Of a stretch of 64,000 bases of DNA, positions 22,068 to 32,366 are shown one piece after another. The DNA lies in the NCBI GenBank assembly GCA_052033375.1, contig JBPOJQ010000003.1, forward strand, positions 10,503 through 74,502, read 5' to 3'. The stretch comes from Candidatus Magasanikiibacteriota bacterium. GTDB lineage: Bacteria > Patescibacteriota > Patescibacteriia > Magasanikbacterales > UBA922. The translations under genes and the position numbers were made by a program. Position 1 is the first letter of the stretch. The number at the start of each line of letters is the position of its first letter. The notes under the pieces were generated by a model. The model had not been told where the DNA came from, made no database searches, and worked only from the letters and a program-made list of their open reading frames with translations.

Positions 22068-23098
22068 AACTCAAATAACACTGATCCTAATTTTACCTGT
22101 GACAACACCCTATCAGCGGCAATGAGGTACTTATAATGTTCGACCGTTTTGGTAACTAGCGTATCGGTAATCTCTCCTTTTTCAAGCGCTGATCTAATTT
22201 CTACAATACCGTCATAAATTGTTTTTTCAACATGGTAGTCAAGCGTATTTGTAATTTTATCAAAATTCACATGATAATTCCGTCGATCAGCATCATCTGG
22301 TGTTTCTTCAATAATTAAACTTGGAAAATATTTTTTAAACTGATGTGCGACCTGAAAGACTTGGTAGTTTTGTTCATTTGAACCAACATTGAAAATTTGT
22401 TTATTAATTTTTTCTTTCTGTGATTCATTAACAACTTTATCAAATGCTTTAATTACATCATCAATATGGACCAATGGACGCCATTGTTTACCACCACCCA
22501 TGATAAATAATTTATTATTTTTCCATGCATGCAATGTCATGATATTAATAATCAGATCAAAGCGCATACGTCGTTTTGATAATCCATACACAGTGCCATT
22601 TCGGAGAAATGTCACACAGAACGAATCATCACCCAACAACGCAATATCACGTTCAGCCAACAGTTTACAGCGCGCATAGGTGGAAACAGGAGCTGTGGGT
22701 GATTCTTCATTCATAATAGATTCCCCTGCGCCATAGACACTACATGACGAAGAGAGGATATATCGTGCGACTCCCATTTTTTTTGCTATTGTTGCCAATC
22801 TCACTGCGCCTTTGTAATTGATAGACTCAGTAATCTGTGGGAGCAATTCTGATGAAGGATCATTTGAAATTGAAGCCAAATCAATTACCACATCAACATC
22901 TTTTAAAATAGTCTCATCACATGAGCGGATATCTTCTTTTATAATCCTTAGTCGGGGATTACCTGCAAGATCATTCAAATTATCACCAAAAAAATAACGA
23001 TCAAGAGCGGTTATTGTATATCCTTTCTCTAAAAACTGTTCAACCATACGGGAACCGATATATCCCCCTGCTCCTGCAATCAGAATATGTGTACTCAT
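22064..23098 (-). CDS. NAD-dependent epimerase/dehydratase (SDR)
   Basis: Rossmann motif ILIAGAGGYIGSRMV. Typical length of about 340 aa. Confidence 0.7.
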   Translation of the reverse strand: MSTHILIAGAGGYIGSRMVEQFLEKGYTITALDRYFFGDNLNDLAGNPRLRIIKEDIRSCDETILKDVDVVIDLASISNDPSSELLPQITESINYKGAVRLATIAKKMGVARYILSSSCSVYGAGESIMNEESPTAPVSTYARCKLLAERDIALLGDDSFCVTFLRNGTVYGLSKRRMRFDLIINIMTLHAWKNNKLFIMGGGKQWRPLVHIDDVIKAFDKVVNESQKEKINKQIFNVGSNEQNYQVFQVAHQFKKYFPSLIIEETPDDADRRNYHVNFDKITNTLDYHVEKTIYDGIVEIRSALEKGEITDTLVTKTVEHYKYLIAADRVLSQVKLGSVLFEL

Positions 23099-23120
23099 AC
23101 TATGCGATACAAAAATAAAA

Positions 23121-24332
23121 TTACTTAAGATAGTTCACGTATGGACTTAATTTTTCTGCGATGATCTCACCAATAACAATTGAGCTCGTCGCAGCAGGTG
23201 ACGGCGCGTTAAGCACATGGAGCGCCTGTCGCTGTTCCATAAATAAAAAATCATCCACTAATCGACCCGATCGATCGACAGCCTGAGCCCTCACCCCACT
23301 CTCTGCAGGTTCTAGCATGTCTGCTGTAATATCAGGAACCAGCTGCTGGAGTGAATGCACAAATGCTCTTTTGCTCAATGATCGATACAATTCAAACGCA
23401 CCTATTTTACCATATCTTCCTAATAATTTCCAGAATCCCACAAATGTCATATTCAGGACCATATCGCTCAGCCGGACATCAGTTTTTTTGTATCCTTCCC
23501 GAGCAAATGCCAATACTGCATTCGGCCCAACCCCGACACTGCCATTAATATGCCTCGAGAAATGCACTCCTAAAAAAGGTAGGGCTGGATTTGGGGTTGG
23601 ATATATCAAACCTTTTACCAAATATTCATACTCAGACTTAAGTTTAAAATACTCTCCCCGAAAAGGGATAATGCGTACATCTGGTTTTGCACCACAGAGC
23701 TCTGCAATACGATCGGAAAAAAGTCCACCACAATTGATGAGAATATCATAAGTAAAATCTTCTCGTTCTGTATACACTTTCCACGTGCCATGAGAAAACG
23801 CAGCTTTAATCACCTGTGTATCCGTATGAATAGTGCCACCCCTAGCTGTCACCACCTTAGCATATGCGTTGGCAACCTGAGTATAATCAACAATAGCGGT
23901 CTCTGGAACCACCAATGCTTCATTTCCCTCAGCATAAGGCTCAATCTCACGTAATCGCTTGCGTCCAATTTTTTCTACCCCCACTATACTATTTTGTACA
24001 GCCCGTCTTTTGAGTTCTTCTAATTGAGCTGATTCTTCTGGGGAAGTTGCTACTATAACCTTACCTGTGACCTGAACCGAAATAGCATGTTCACGACAAA
24101 ATACTTTGAGTCTTTTTGATCCTTCAACACACAGCCGCGCCTTTAGAGAGCCTGGCCGATAATAAATACCTGAATGGATTACACCAGAGTTATGTCCGGT
24201 TTGGTGTAGCCCTAGACCACGCTCTTTTTCAATTACAGAAACCACCGCTTGCGGAAAACGATGAGTTACACCTACCGCAGTGGCAAGACCCACAATCCCT
24301 CCACCAATAATACCAACCCGCAGAGGTGACAT
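23121..24332 (-). CDS. FAD-dependent oxidoreductase, L-2-hydroxyglutarate oxidase (LhgO)-like
   Basis: The dinucleotide-binding motif VGIIGGGIVGLATA and the block HQTGHNSGVIHSGIYYRPGSLKARLC match the LhgO/YgaF family closely. Confidence 0.6.
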   Translation of the reverse strand: MSPLRVGIIGGGIVGLATAVGVTHRFPQAVVSVIEKERGLGLHQTGHNSGVIHSGIYYRPGSLKARLCVEGSKRLKVFCREHAISVQVTGKVIVATSPEESAQLEELKRRAVQNSIVGVEKIGRKRLREIEPYAEGNEALVVPETAIVDYTQVANAYAKVVTARGGTIHTDTQVIKAAFSHGTWKVYTEREDFTYDILINCGGLFSDRIAELCGAKPDVRIIPFRGEYFKLKSEYEYLVKGLIYPTPNPALPFLGVHFSRHINGSVGVGPNAVLAFAREGYKKTDVRLSDMVLNMTFVGFWKLLGRYGKIGAFELYRSLSKRAFVHSLQQLVPDITADMLEPAESGVRAQAVDRSGRLVDDFLFMEQRQALHVLNAPSPAATSSIVIGEIIAEKLSPYVNYLK

Positions 24333-24335
24333 ACA

Positions 24336-25100
24336 TTATGATACATGTTTATGATACACAAGCTCCATATTTTCAACCACAAAACCCATTTTTTGATAAA
24401 ACGCAGTTGCAGGAATATTTTCTGCCTCGGTAACAACTCTCACTGTAGAAATTTTTGATTTACTCAAAAATTGTAACGCGTGTTTCATTAAAAATGAACC
24501 AAGTCCTAAATTATGCCACCGCGGTACCACTCCAAGCAAATCAATATATCCGCAATCCCCTTTTATCTTTATGGTGACCAAACCTACCAACTCTTTGTTT
24601 TTTGTAATACAGAAGGATGCATCTGCGTAACCATTGTAGAGACTGTTAAATATCCATTCAGTATAGAGATCTTGCGATTTTTTTATTGGAAGCTCTAGAT
24701 CCCGAAAGTACCTGCTTGTGCCACCAATTACTACTGCCATTTTCTTAATGGATGCAATTTTCAATTGTGGAATTTCACTTGTTTTTTTAATAAATTCAAA
24801 TCCCGCAGGAAGCTTTGCGGAAAAAGTTCGCTTCATGTCCCTCAGTCGATAGGTTGCCCTACTACTTATGATATGAAAATTATTTTCCTCCAAAAATCGC
24901 GTAATTTTAGGTGAGCACGGTGCAAAACAAAAAATAATTTCAGGAGAATGTCCCACAACCAATGTTTGTTTAATTTTTTGTAAATCTACATTACCTGAAA
25001 TAAATAACTTTGTTACCTGTTTTTCAAAAATTTTTGTATCAAAATTATCAATTATTTTTTTAAACATACTATGTATAGACTTAAGTATCAAAAACCACAT
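24336..25100 (-). CDS. GNAT-family N-acetyltransferase (C-terminal GNAT domain, WecD-like architecture)
   Basis: LVGLVTIKIKGDCGYIDLLGVVPRWHNLGLGSFLMKHAL is a GNAT motif A/B region. Confidence 0.55.
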   Translation of the reverse strand: MWFLILKSIHSMFKKIIDNFDTKIFEKQVTKLFISGNVDLQKIKQTLVVGHSPEIIFCFAPCSPKITRFLEENNFHIISSRATYRLRDMKRTFSAKLPAGFEFIKKTSEIPQLKIASIKKMAVVIGGTSRYFRDLELPIKKSQDLYTEWIFNSLYNGYADASFCITKNKELVGLVTIKIKGDCGYIDLLGVVPRWHNLGLGSFLMKHALQFLSKSKISTVRVVTEAENIPATAFYQKMGFVVENMELVYHKHVS

Positions 25101-25746
25101 TCAGAGCTTTCTGACGCTCTTCGGCAGAAAATCTATATTTAATAAAAGCTGCGGGCACCCCGCCTACAATAGCAAATGGTTCCACGTCTTTTGTTACCAC
25201 TGCATGAGCGCCGACGATTGCCCCTCTTCCGATTGTAACATTCGGTAATACAGTCACCCCAGTCCCGAGCCATACATCATCTTCGATTATGACCGTACCG
25301 CACCGATCGGTTTGTCTACACATTGGTTTTGTCCAGTCTGAATATCCATGCATCGACGTAATAATATTACACCTTCCTGCAATCATCACATAATTTCCAA
25401 TACGTACCTCTCCCCCACTACCTACATAACATTCAGCGTTCAATGAAGAATTATTCCCAATTGTAAGATTTTCATGTTCACCAATAAGAACTGTACTCTT
25501 TCCAATCACAACATTATTGCCTATTCTAATATTTTTATTTCCCCCTTCGATATACACATTTTTTCCTATACGAATACCATCTCCTAAAAATACTTTATTC
25601 GGATGAGCTATCTTGACCCCCTTTTCGATTTCAACTTTTTGCCCCATTGCTCCACACACTCTCCGTAAAAAAAATACCCTCATCACACGCATACATCCAT
25701 TGAAACCGCGCACCATTCTCGCAACAATTGTATATATCATACACAC
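25081..25746 (-). CDS. Hexapeptide-repeat (LbH) sugar O-acetyltransferase
   Basis: Tandem [LIV]GxxxxI hexapeptide repeats (IRIGKNVYIEGGNKNIRIGNNVVIGKSTVLIG...). The real start may be an internal Met. Confidence 0.7.
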   Translation of the reverse strand: MCMIYTIVARMVRGFNGCMRVMRVFFLRRVCGAMGQKVEIEKGVKIAHPNKVFLGDGIRIGKNVYIEGGNKNIRIGNNVVIGKSTVLIGEHENLTIGNNSSLNAECYVGSGGEVRIGNYVMIAGRCNIITSMHGYSDWTKPMCRQTDRCGTVIIEDDVWLGTGVTVLPNVTIGRGAIVGAHAVVTKDVEPFAIVGGVPAAFIKYRFSAEERQKALNVVFDT

Positions 25747-25753
25747 AAAACTT

Positions 25754-26548
25754 TTATCGGACTAAGCGTTTGAAAATTAATAGTAAAAAATTCAAACATG
25801 ATTTTAGACTACTAAGCTGGGTAGGACCATTTTGTACACCAAAAACTTCTGGCACAGGTTCTTTGATTTTAGTTCCTATTATGCAATAGGTTTCCCGTCT
25901 TTTTTCTTTTCGTGTTCCATACGAGCTATATTCTTCATCATCTGTAGGTGATCTTTTCAGATGGGTCATGTGCCAATATTTATGATGCAGAATAGCAGTA
26001 CTTTCCTTTTGAAACACCTCACTACCATTAGCATATATCAGCATATCACTATTATAATCACCAGACCAATGGACGCCACGGCATATTCTGATAAACCGAG
26101 GGTAAAAAAAATCTTTTTTTCCTAACATTTCAATACTACCATTCTTACGATATGTATGAAACACATCACCGACACACAAATAAAACGGAGCAATCAAGCA
26201 ATCAATTTTCTTATTTTCTCGTATTACCTCTATAGCTTCACGCATTGCCCTCTGTGTCCACACCTCATCTCCATCAAGAATCATAAACCACTCTGTGGTC
26301 GTACGATCAATCATTTCTTGTCTCAACACAGTATGCTGTTTTTTATCACAGACGCCCTTTTCTTCAAAAATAATTTTTTGAGGATATTTTTTGATTATTT
26401 CACGTATAATCTCTGTGGTTGCATCAGTCGATCCTGTGTCAAAAATAATCAGTGAATCTACAAAATCAATCACGGATAATATTGCATACCGTATAAAATA
26501 TTCTTCATTTTTTACAATACAATGGGCAGTAATTGCCATATCATGCAC
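25754..26548 (-). CDS. Glycosyltransferase family 2-like
   Basis: ITAHCIVKNEEYFIRYAILSV...IIFDTGSTDATTE. Confidence 0.6.
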   Translation of the reverse strand: MHDMAITAHCIVKNEEYFIRYAILSVIDFVDSLIIFDTGSTDATTEIIREIIKKYPQKIIFEEKGVCDKKQHTVLRQEMIDRTTTEWFMILDGDEVWTQRAMREAIEVIRENKKIDCLIAPFYLCVGDVFHTYRKNGSIEMLGKKDFFYPRFIRICRGVHWSGDYNSDMLIYANGSEVFQKESTAILHHKYWHMTHLKRSPTDDEEYSSYGTRKEKRRETYCIIGTKIKEPVPEVFGVQNGPTQLSSLKSCLNFLLLIFKRLVR

Positions 26549-26551
26549 ACA

Positions 26552-27424
26552 TTAATCCTGGTACGGTTGTATACCTTTGGGCAACAATAAAAATTTCTTT
26601 TTGATTTTTTTTCGATATACGTAACGCACTAATTGATATAGGCCAAAGACCGAGGTGATTGTTTTAAAAATTCTAAATGAAGATTCCCTCATGATGCCCC
26701 GCATGTGATACCAATCAGTTTTTATACCAGGAAAGTATGTACGGGCAATTTTTAAATTTTCCAAACGACAAGGTAGCCAATTATTGAAAGAATTGCCCAG
26801 TGTACCCACCCGAAAAATAATTTTTTCTAATCTCTTGAAACGACAGCCTGCGACTACGCAACGTGCTAAAAAATCTCCATCTGCTGAATGTCGGTATTGC
26901 AAATCATAGGGAAATTTCTTTGCGATCTCGTTGCGTACAAATAGTGTAGAATGGCACGCTTGCATACCTTGCCACGCATTCGTATGTACATCCTTATTAG
27001 CCGGACACAATACTGCCTGACCACTAAAATTACCCACAAACCCTCCATATACGATATCGAAATTCGAATATTCCTGATCTTTATTTTTAAAAATTTCTTC
27101 AATAATAGTATTAGATATTAGATAATCCCCACTATTTAATATCTGTACCCATTCGCCCGATGCATGACAGACGCCTTTATTCATAGCATCGAACATTCCC
27201 GCATCCTTTTCACTCACCCAATATCCCAAACGAGGACTATACTTTTTTATGATATCAACGGTTCCATCAGTGGATCCACCATCGATAATAATATACTCGA
27301 TATGTGCACTGAACGTTTGATCGAGGACACAGCGTATTGTCCGCTCTACATTTTTTACATCATTAAAAACAACAGTTACTACCGTTACTACAGGCTTTCG
27401 ATTAACCTGACTCACTGGTTCCAT
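26552..27424 (-). CDS. Glycosyltransferase family 2
   Basis: VVTVVTVVFNDVKNVERTI...YIIIDGGSTDGTVD. Confidence 0.7.
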   Translation of the reverse strand: MEPVSQVNRKPVVTVVTVVFNDVKNVERTIRCVLDQTFSAHIEYIIIDGGSTDGTVDIIKKYSPRLGYWVSEKDAGMFDAMNKGVCHASGEWVQILNSGDYLISNTIIEEIFKNKDQEYSNFDIVYGGFVGNFSGQAVLCPANKDVHTNAWQGMQACHSTLFVRNEIAKKFPYDLQYRHSADGDFLARCVVAGCRFKRLEKIIFRVGTLGNSFNNWLPCRLENLKIARTYFPGIKTDWYHMRGIMRESSFRIFKTITSVFGLYQLVRYVYRKKIKKKFLLLPKGIQPYQD

Positions 27425-27429
27425 AACAG

Positions 27430-28254
27430 TTATTCTTTAGTAAACAAAAATAGACCACATCCATACACCTGTTTCTTAACCATACTTGGTTCAGCATCTT
27501 CGATCAGCCCTCCCTCATCTGGTAATAACGTAAATTCAACCAATTTAAGGCTTGGAAACGAAGAAACTATCTGTTCATACGAATAAATACGCTGAGCATT
27601 AAACATTAGCTTCGGAGCACCTACAGGTACCACAAACAACAAGTGACCGCCCTTTGCCACCACTCGTGATAGCTCTTTCATGGCTTTTAAGTCTGCCTCG
27701 GAATCAATAGGATCGCCATATCGGCCCAACCCGACATGCTCAACCGTGTGCATACATGACAAGGATTCAATACTACCATCAGGAAATGGTAATCTCAAAA
27801 GGTCGGCTTCTCCAAATTTTAAGTCTGATAACTTCAAATCTGTAGGTCGATAATCATAAAAATCAATAGGTATAAAAGCCGACGCAATCGCGCAGAAATT
27901 TAGAGTTGAGCTAATGTCTACATGTTTTTTTGGGCGCAATTCAGCGAGCTTTCGAGCTGCCCAGGCTGGATGATAGGTATAATGCCGGTCAAAATGCTGT
28001 AGATTAGCCATTTCGTGCAAAATAGGAGAAAAATTTTTAACTGATAACGTAAATCTAGTATCTCGAGAAAGTTCTGCTGATTTTTTAAATTTCTTCCAAT
28101 GATTTAAAAAAACTGAATACATTACTTTATCTCTGATGCGTCCCCATAATCGATGTGCAAAAATCAAAAATCCCAGAGGAAAAACTTTCTTCAAAAAAAT
28201 CTTTAATTTGACATTCATAATCCAAAAAATAAATATGCTTAATACCTCATACAA
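27430..28254 (-). CDS. Putative methyltransferase (DUF268-like class I MTase fold)
   Basis: N-terminal transmembrane segment. The block LSCMHTVEHVGLGRYGDPID resembles the DUF268 putative-methyltransferase family. This is the first gene of the long minus-strand block. Confidence 0.4.
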   Translation of the reverse strand: MYEVLSIFIFWIMNVKLKIFLKKVFPLGFLIFAHRLWGRIRDKVMYSVFLNHWKKFKKSAELSRDTRFTLSVKNFSPILHEMANLQHFDRHYTYHPAWAARKLAELRPKKHVDISSTLNFCAIASAFIPIDFYDYRPTDLKLSDLKFGEADLLRLPFPDGSIESLSCMHTVEHVGLGRYGDPIDSEADLKAMKELSRVVAKGGHLLFVVPVGAPKLMFNAQRIYSYEQIVSSFPSLKLVEFTLLPDEGGLIEDAEPSMVKKQVYGCGLFLFTKE

Positions 28255-28468
28255 TATAGTAGAAGTGTAATCAAAATTATCTACTGAGTCAACAGACCTA
28301 TCTTTTATATATCTTCATGTCTAGAGCCCATACAATAAAAAAATAATAATTTTTGTATACACCACTATGATTGACGTCCACTACATTTTCTGTTATGTTT
28401 ATCGACTCATCAGTCTGTCCTATTGATCGGCTGGCGAGACAACCCGACTCTCAACCAGAGGAGACCGA

Positions 28469-29171
28469 CATGCGAGATAATACGGCGTTTGGATACCCCA
28501 TCGCGACCCTCGAGAATCTCCATGAGGTTCTCACGAATCTCAAAATCGAGCGATGGAACTCTATCGCACCCACAGTCCTCCTCGAGGACTACCTCAAGCG
28601 TGATCTCTCTCCTGAGGATCGTACAGACCTCAGATATGTTCCTAAGACTGAAGTTCTCTTCCTCGAGAATCCTCACACCAAGGAGAGATTCACAGCCTTC
28701 CGGAACACTGGCAAGCCGTGGGTGACGGTCTTTGCAGTCATCCCCCATGAAGGCCAACTGCTCGTGCCCGTGACGGTCGAGTTCAAGCAAGGCTTCGGCG
28801 AAGTGGTGCTCGTGCCACCGAGTGGCGTCAAGAGCCGCACTGATCACTCATTCGCTGATACGGCGCGCCGCGAGTTCGAGGAGGAGACTGGATTCAAACT
28901 CGATCATGTGATCCCGCTCGCGGGAGGCATTATGCAAGGTGCCACAGTTCGACAGAACACGGGTGGTATCCATCCCTTCCTCGGAATCCTCAAGGATCCG
29001 ATCCAACGCGGTCCAAGCAAGCTCGATCACCATGAACTCCTCCGGATCATCCTGTTCCCGCTCGACGAGTGGCAAAAGGTGGTCTTGAGCGGACTGACCT
29101 ACGACATGGCATCGACTGTTGTCACGTACCATGCTCTTGCTCTACTACGTACGATGGGCATGGTCAAGTAG
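28469..29171 (+). CDS. NUDIX-hydrolase-like protein in GC-rich island 1
   Basis: Degenerate Nudix box GVKSRTDHSFADTARREFEEETGF (G-x5-[ED]-x8-REFxEExGF). A strong SD GGAGGAG lies 7 nt upstream of ATG 28469, so the ORF-track start at 28371 is probably too early. GC content is much higher than in the flanks. Confidence 0.5.
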
Positions 29172-29202
29172 AACATCTCTCGGCCCCCTGGGACCGAACA
29201 AG

Positions 29203-29245
29203 CCCCCCGGTGTGCATAAGGCACGCCGGGGGTTATTCATTTGTA
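29203..29245 (+). terminator. Rho-independent terminator after the NUDIX-like gene
   Basis: An 11-bp GC stem ccccggtgtgc/gcacgccgggg with one G-U pair and the loop ataag, followed by ttattcatttg. Confidence 0.6.
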
Positions 29246-29367
29246 ACCTACATTATTTCTATGCTACATGGTTTGACAGATACCCTTATTTTTCATACAC
29301 TATACTGGTAAATTACTATATCTTTTGAAGGAGTTTGGTGACTAATCTACCAAAATAAATATTAACT

Positions 29368-30297
29368 ATGAACATTTTGATTACTGGGGGTGCGGGCTAT
29401 ATTGGATCACTCGTAGTTTCAGAACTTTTGAAAAACGGACATACTGTACGCGTACTTGATAACCTTACGTTTGGACTTAATTCCCTCATGCCTTATTTTA
29501 TTGACGATCATTTTGAATTTATCAAAGGAGATATCAGAGACACTGACATCGTCAACAAATCAGTTCAAGGTATGGATGTCATTATCCACTTGGCTGGAAT
29601 TGTAGGCGCCCCAGCATGCAAACGGGATCCTAAATTAACTGAAGAAGTAAACTACCAAGGGACAGTTAACATCAATAATGCAAGAAAAGAATCGCAGAAA
29701 TTATTCTATGCATCAACCGGAAGTGTATATGGAAAAGTGGAAAATATCTGTACTGAAGAATCTCCTACCAATCCACTTTCTACATACGGAGATACTAAAC
29801 TACGAGGAGAATTAGAGGTAATGAGTAAAGGAAATGCAATCGCCTATCGATTTGCAACTGCATTTGGATTGTCAGCCCGCCCACGCTTAGATCTACTGCC
29901 TAATGATTTTGTATTTAATGCACTCAAGAATAAATATTTAGTAGTATACGACAAACACTTCAAACGAACATTCATCCATGTGCGAGATATCGTCAATTCA
30001 TATGTATTTGGAATTGAGCATTTTGATAGCATGAAAAATGAAGTTTACAACGTGGGATCAGAAAAAATGAACAAGACCAAAGAAGAAATCGCTCAAATGG
30101 TACGGGAGAAAATTAATTTTGAAATCCTCTATGTTGACCAGGGCATTCCTGACCCTGATCAAAGAGATTATGAAGTTTCATATCAAAAAATCCGTAACAA
30201 AGGCTTTGAACCTACTATCAGTTTTGAAAAGGGTCTCAACGAAATGATTAAGGGTCTTGAGCATCTGCGTATTTCAAATCCTTTTTCAAATGTATGA
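29368..30297 (+). CDS. NAD-dependent epimerase/dehydratase (SDR)
   Basis: ILITGGAGYIGSLVVSEL Rossmann motif with a YxxxK region. Confidence 0.75.
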   Translation: MNILITGGAGYIGSLVVSELLKNGHTVRVLDNLTFGLNSLMPYFIDDHFEFIKGDIRDTDIVNKSVQGMDVIIHLAGIVGAPACKRDPKLTEEVNYQGTVNINNARKESQKLFYASTGSVYGKVENICTEESPTNPLSTYGDTKLRGELEVMSKGNAIAYRFATAFGLSARPRLDLLPNDFVFNALKNKYLVVYDKHFKRTFIHVRDIVNSYVFGIEHFDSMKNEVYNVGSEKMNKTKEEIAQMVREKINFEILYVDQGIPDPDQRDYEVSYQKIRNKGFEPTISFEKGLNEMIKGLEHLRISNPFSNV

Positions 30298-31220
30298 GCA
30301 AAAAAATACTTATTCTTGGCGCAAGTGGTTTCGTGGGCAGTAATCTCACCACTGCACTTGAAAAACTAGGTCACACTGTATACCGTGCGTCACGCACACT
30401 AGGAGTCGATATAACTGACTACGGGCACATCGAACAATGTCTGCGAAAATTCACGCCAGACATTATTTTTAATTGCGCTGCACACGTGGGAAGTCTACAC
30501 TATGTGACTACGTACGCTGCAGATGTTATCCACGATAACGTACAGATGTCTCTCAATCTATACAAAGCTGTTGCCACAGTCTGTCCAAAGACAAAAATAA
30601 TCAACCCCCTTTCCAACTGCTCTTACCCTGGTACGAGCGCAATTCAAACCGAATCTGAATGGTGGAGTGGTGAAGTACATGATTCAGTTTTTTCATATGG
30701 TAATGCCAAACGGATACTATATGTAATTGCCACGTGCTACCAAAAACAACACAAAATCCACAGTGTAAATTTTCTTATCCCTAATACCTTTGGCCCAGGT
30801 GATTCGACTGACCCCAATAAAACTCACGCCCTCAATGGTATGATTATTCGTATGATTGAAGCACAGAAACGCGGAGATACCGAATTTGAAATTTGGGGTA
30901 CCGGCAGTCCAGTGCGCGAATGGGCATATATTGACGATGTGGTGCACGCTCTCATACATGGTATGGAAATTGATAAAGATACCCCCCACCCTATAAATAT
31001 TGCTCAACAAAAAGGATTCACTATAAAACAAACGGCTGAATTTATCGCCGAAGCGGTTCATTTCACAGGCAAACTCGTATTTAATACATCTTATGCCGAT
31101 GGTGCCCCAGTAAAAATTCTCGATGATAAAAAATTTCGACAACTATTCCCTGATTTTATTTTTTCTGACCACAAAAAAGGTATTGCAGCGACAGTCGCAT
31201 ATTACAAATCAATTTTATAA
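30294..31220 (+). CDS. GDP-L-fucose synthase-like 3,5-epimerase/4-reductase (Fcl/WcaG family)
   Basis: ILILGASGFVGSNL...IIFNCAAHVGSLHYVTTYAADVIHDNV...PLSNCSYPG runs parallel to the Fcl signature. Confidence 0.65.
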   Translation: MSKKILILGASGFVGSNLTTALEKLGHTVYRASRTLGVDITDYGHIEQCLRKFTPDIIFNCAAHVGSLHYVTTYAADVIHDNVQMSLNLYKAVATVCPKTKIINPLSNCSYPGTSAIQTESEWWSGEVHDSVFSYGNAKRILYVIATCYQKQHKIHSVNFLIPNTFGPGDSTDPNKTHALNGMIIRMIEAQKRGDTEFEIWGTGSPVREWAYIDDVVHALIHGMEIDKDTPHPINIAQQKGFTIKQTAEFIAEAVHFTGKLVFNTSYADGAPVKILDDKKFRQLFPDFIFSDHKKGIAATVAYYKSIL

Positions 31221-31231
31221 TTTATAACATT

Positions 31232-32365
31232 ATGACAAAAAAACCTTATGAGATCGGTAAAGAAATTCGTCCCTGGTCTGTATTTGTTCCATCAGAAACG
31301 GGACGCGAAGTAGACAAGGTATTACAATCCAAATGGATTAATACTGGCAAACAAGAAAAATTGCTGCGCGAACAATTTGCCAAACGATTCAACATCAAAC
31401 ACATCGTAGCATGCAATAGTGGTACTTCTGCTCTCCGCGCAAGCTTGGCTGTACTTGGGGTCGGTCCAGGCGATGAGGTTGTCTCTACACCGTATACGTT
31501 TATTGCCACGAATACTTCGATACTTGAACAAGGCGCAAGACCAGTATTTGCAGATATTAACTATGACACATTAAATATCGATCCACAGAGTATCGTGAAA
31601 AAAATTACAAAAAAAACTAAAGCTATCATGTGCGTCCATTACGGTGGTAATGCATGTGATATGGATGCTATTCGTAAAATCGGTCGAGATTACAACTTAC
31701 CAATTATTGAAGATTCTGCACATGCCATGAACGCAAAGTATAAAGGTGATTTTATCGGTACAAAAGGTGACATCATCACTTTCTCACTTCAGGTGGTAAA
31801 GATTATTACCTGCGGAGATGGAGGCATGATTGCAACCCCACATAAAAAATACTATGAAAAATTAAAGAGACAGGTATGGTTCGGTGTCGACCGAGAAAAT
31901 AAAAAAACTAGTATGATCGACCCGCTTCCTGATCGAATTGATACTCTGGGTTTCAAATATAATATGAATGATATTACCGCAACGATCGGTATTGTCGGAC
32001 TCAAACATATCAATGAGCCACTAGCTCGCCGTAAAAAAATCGGCGAACTCTACCGTCGCGAGTTTGAAAATTGTTCAAAAGTGCAAACAACTTATTATCC
32101 TGCTGAAAATACTCCAAATTACCAAATATTTCCGGTACACGTACAAAATCGAATGAAATTCGCTCTATTCATGCGTGAACATGGGATCTTTGTAAATATC
32201 AATAACCGTCGAAATGATAGATATTCAATTTTTGGGGGTATTAAAAACTTACCCAACCTCAAGCGCGCAGATGAAGATACGATTCTCATTCCTATCCATT
32301 ATGATCTAACTGATCACGATGTAGAAAAAATCATCGATACTGTTAAAAAATACGACCGCATCTGA
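31232..32365 (+). CDS. DegT/DnrJ/EryC1/StrS-family sugar aminotransferase
   Basis: ACNSGTSALRASLAVLGVGPGDEVVSTPYTFIATN, and the lysine context ITFSLQVVKIITCGDGG. Confidence 0.8.
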   Translation: MTKKPYEIGKEIRPWSVFVPSETGREVDKVLQSKWINTGKQEKLLREQFAKRFNIKHIVACNSGTSALRASLAVLGVGPGDEVVSTPYTFIATNTSILEQGARPVFADINYDTLNIDPQSIVKKITKKTKAIMCVHYGGNACDMDAIRKIGRDYNLPIIEDSAHAMNAKYKGDFIGTKGDIITFSLQVVKIITCGDGGMIATPHKKYYEKLKRQVWFGVDRENKKTSMIDPLPDRIDTLGFKYNMNDITATIGIVGLKHINEPLARRKKIGELYRREFENCSKVQTTYYPAENTPNYQIFPVHVQNRMKFALFMREHGIFVNINNRRNDRYSIFGGIKNLPNLKRADEDTILIPIHYDLTDHDVEKIIDTVKKYDRI

Positions 32366-32366
32366 C

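Noticed and set aside
28371-28468. N-terminal extension of the NUDIX-like ORF from ATG 28371
   Set aside because: The strong SD GGAGGAG lies immediately before ATG 28469, and the extension is AT-rich leader, unlike the GC-rich body.
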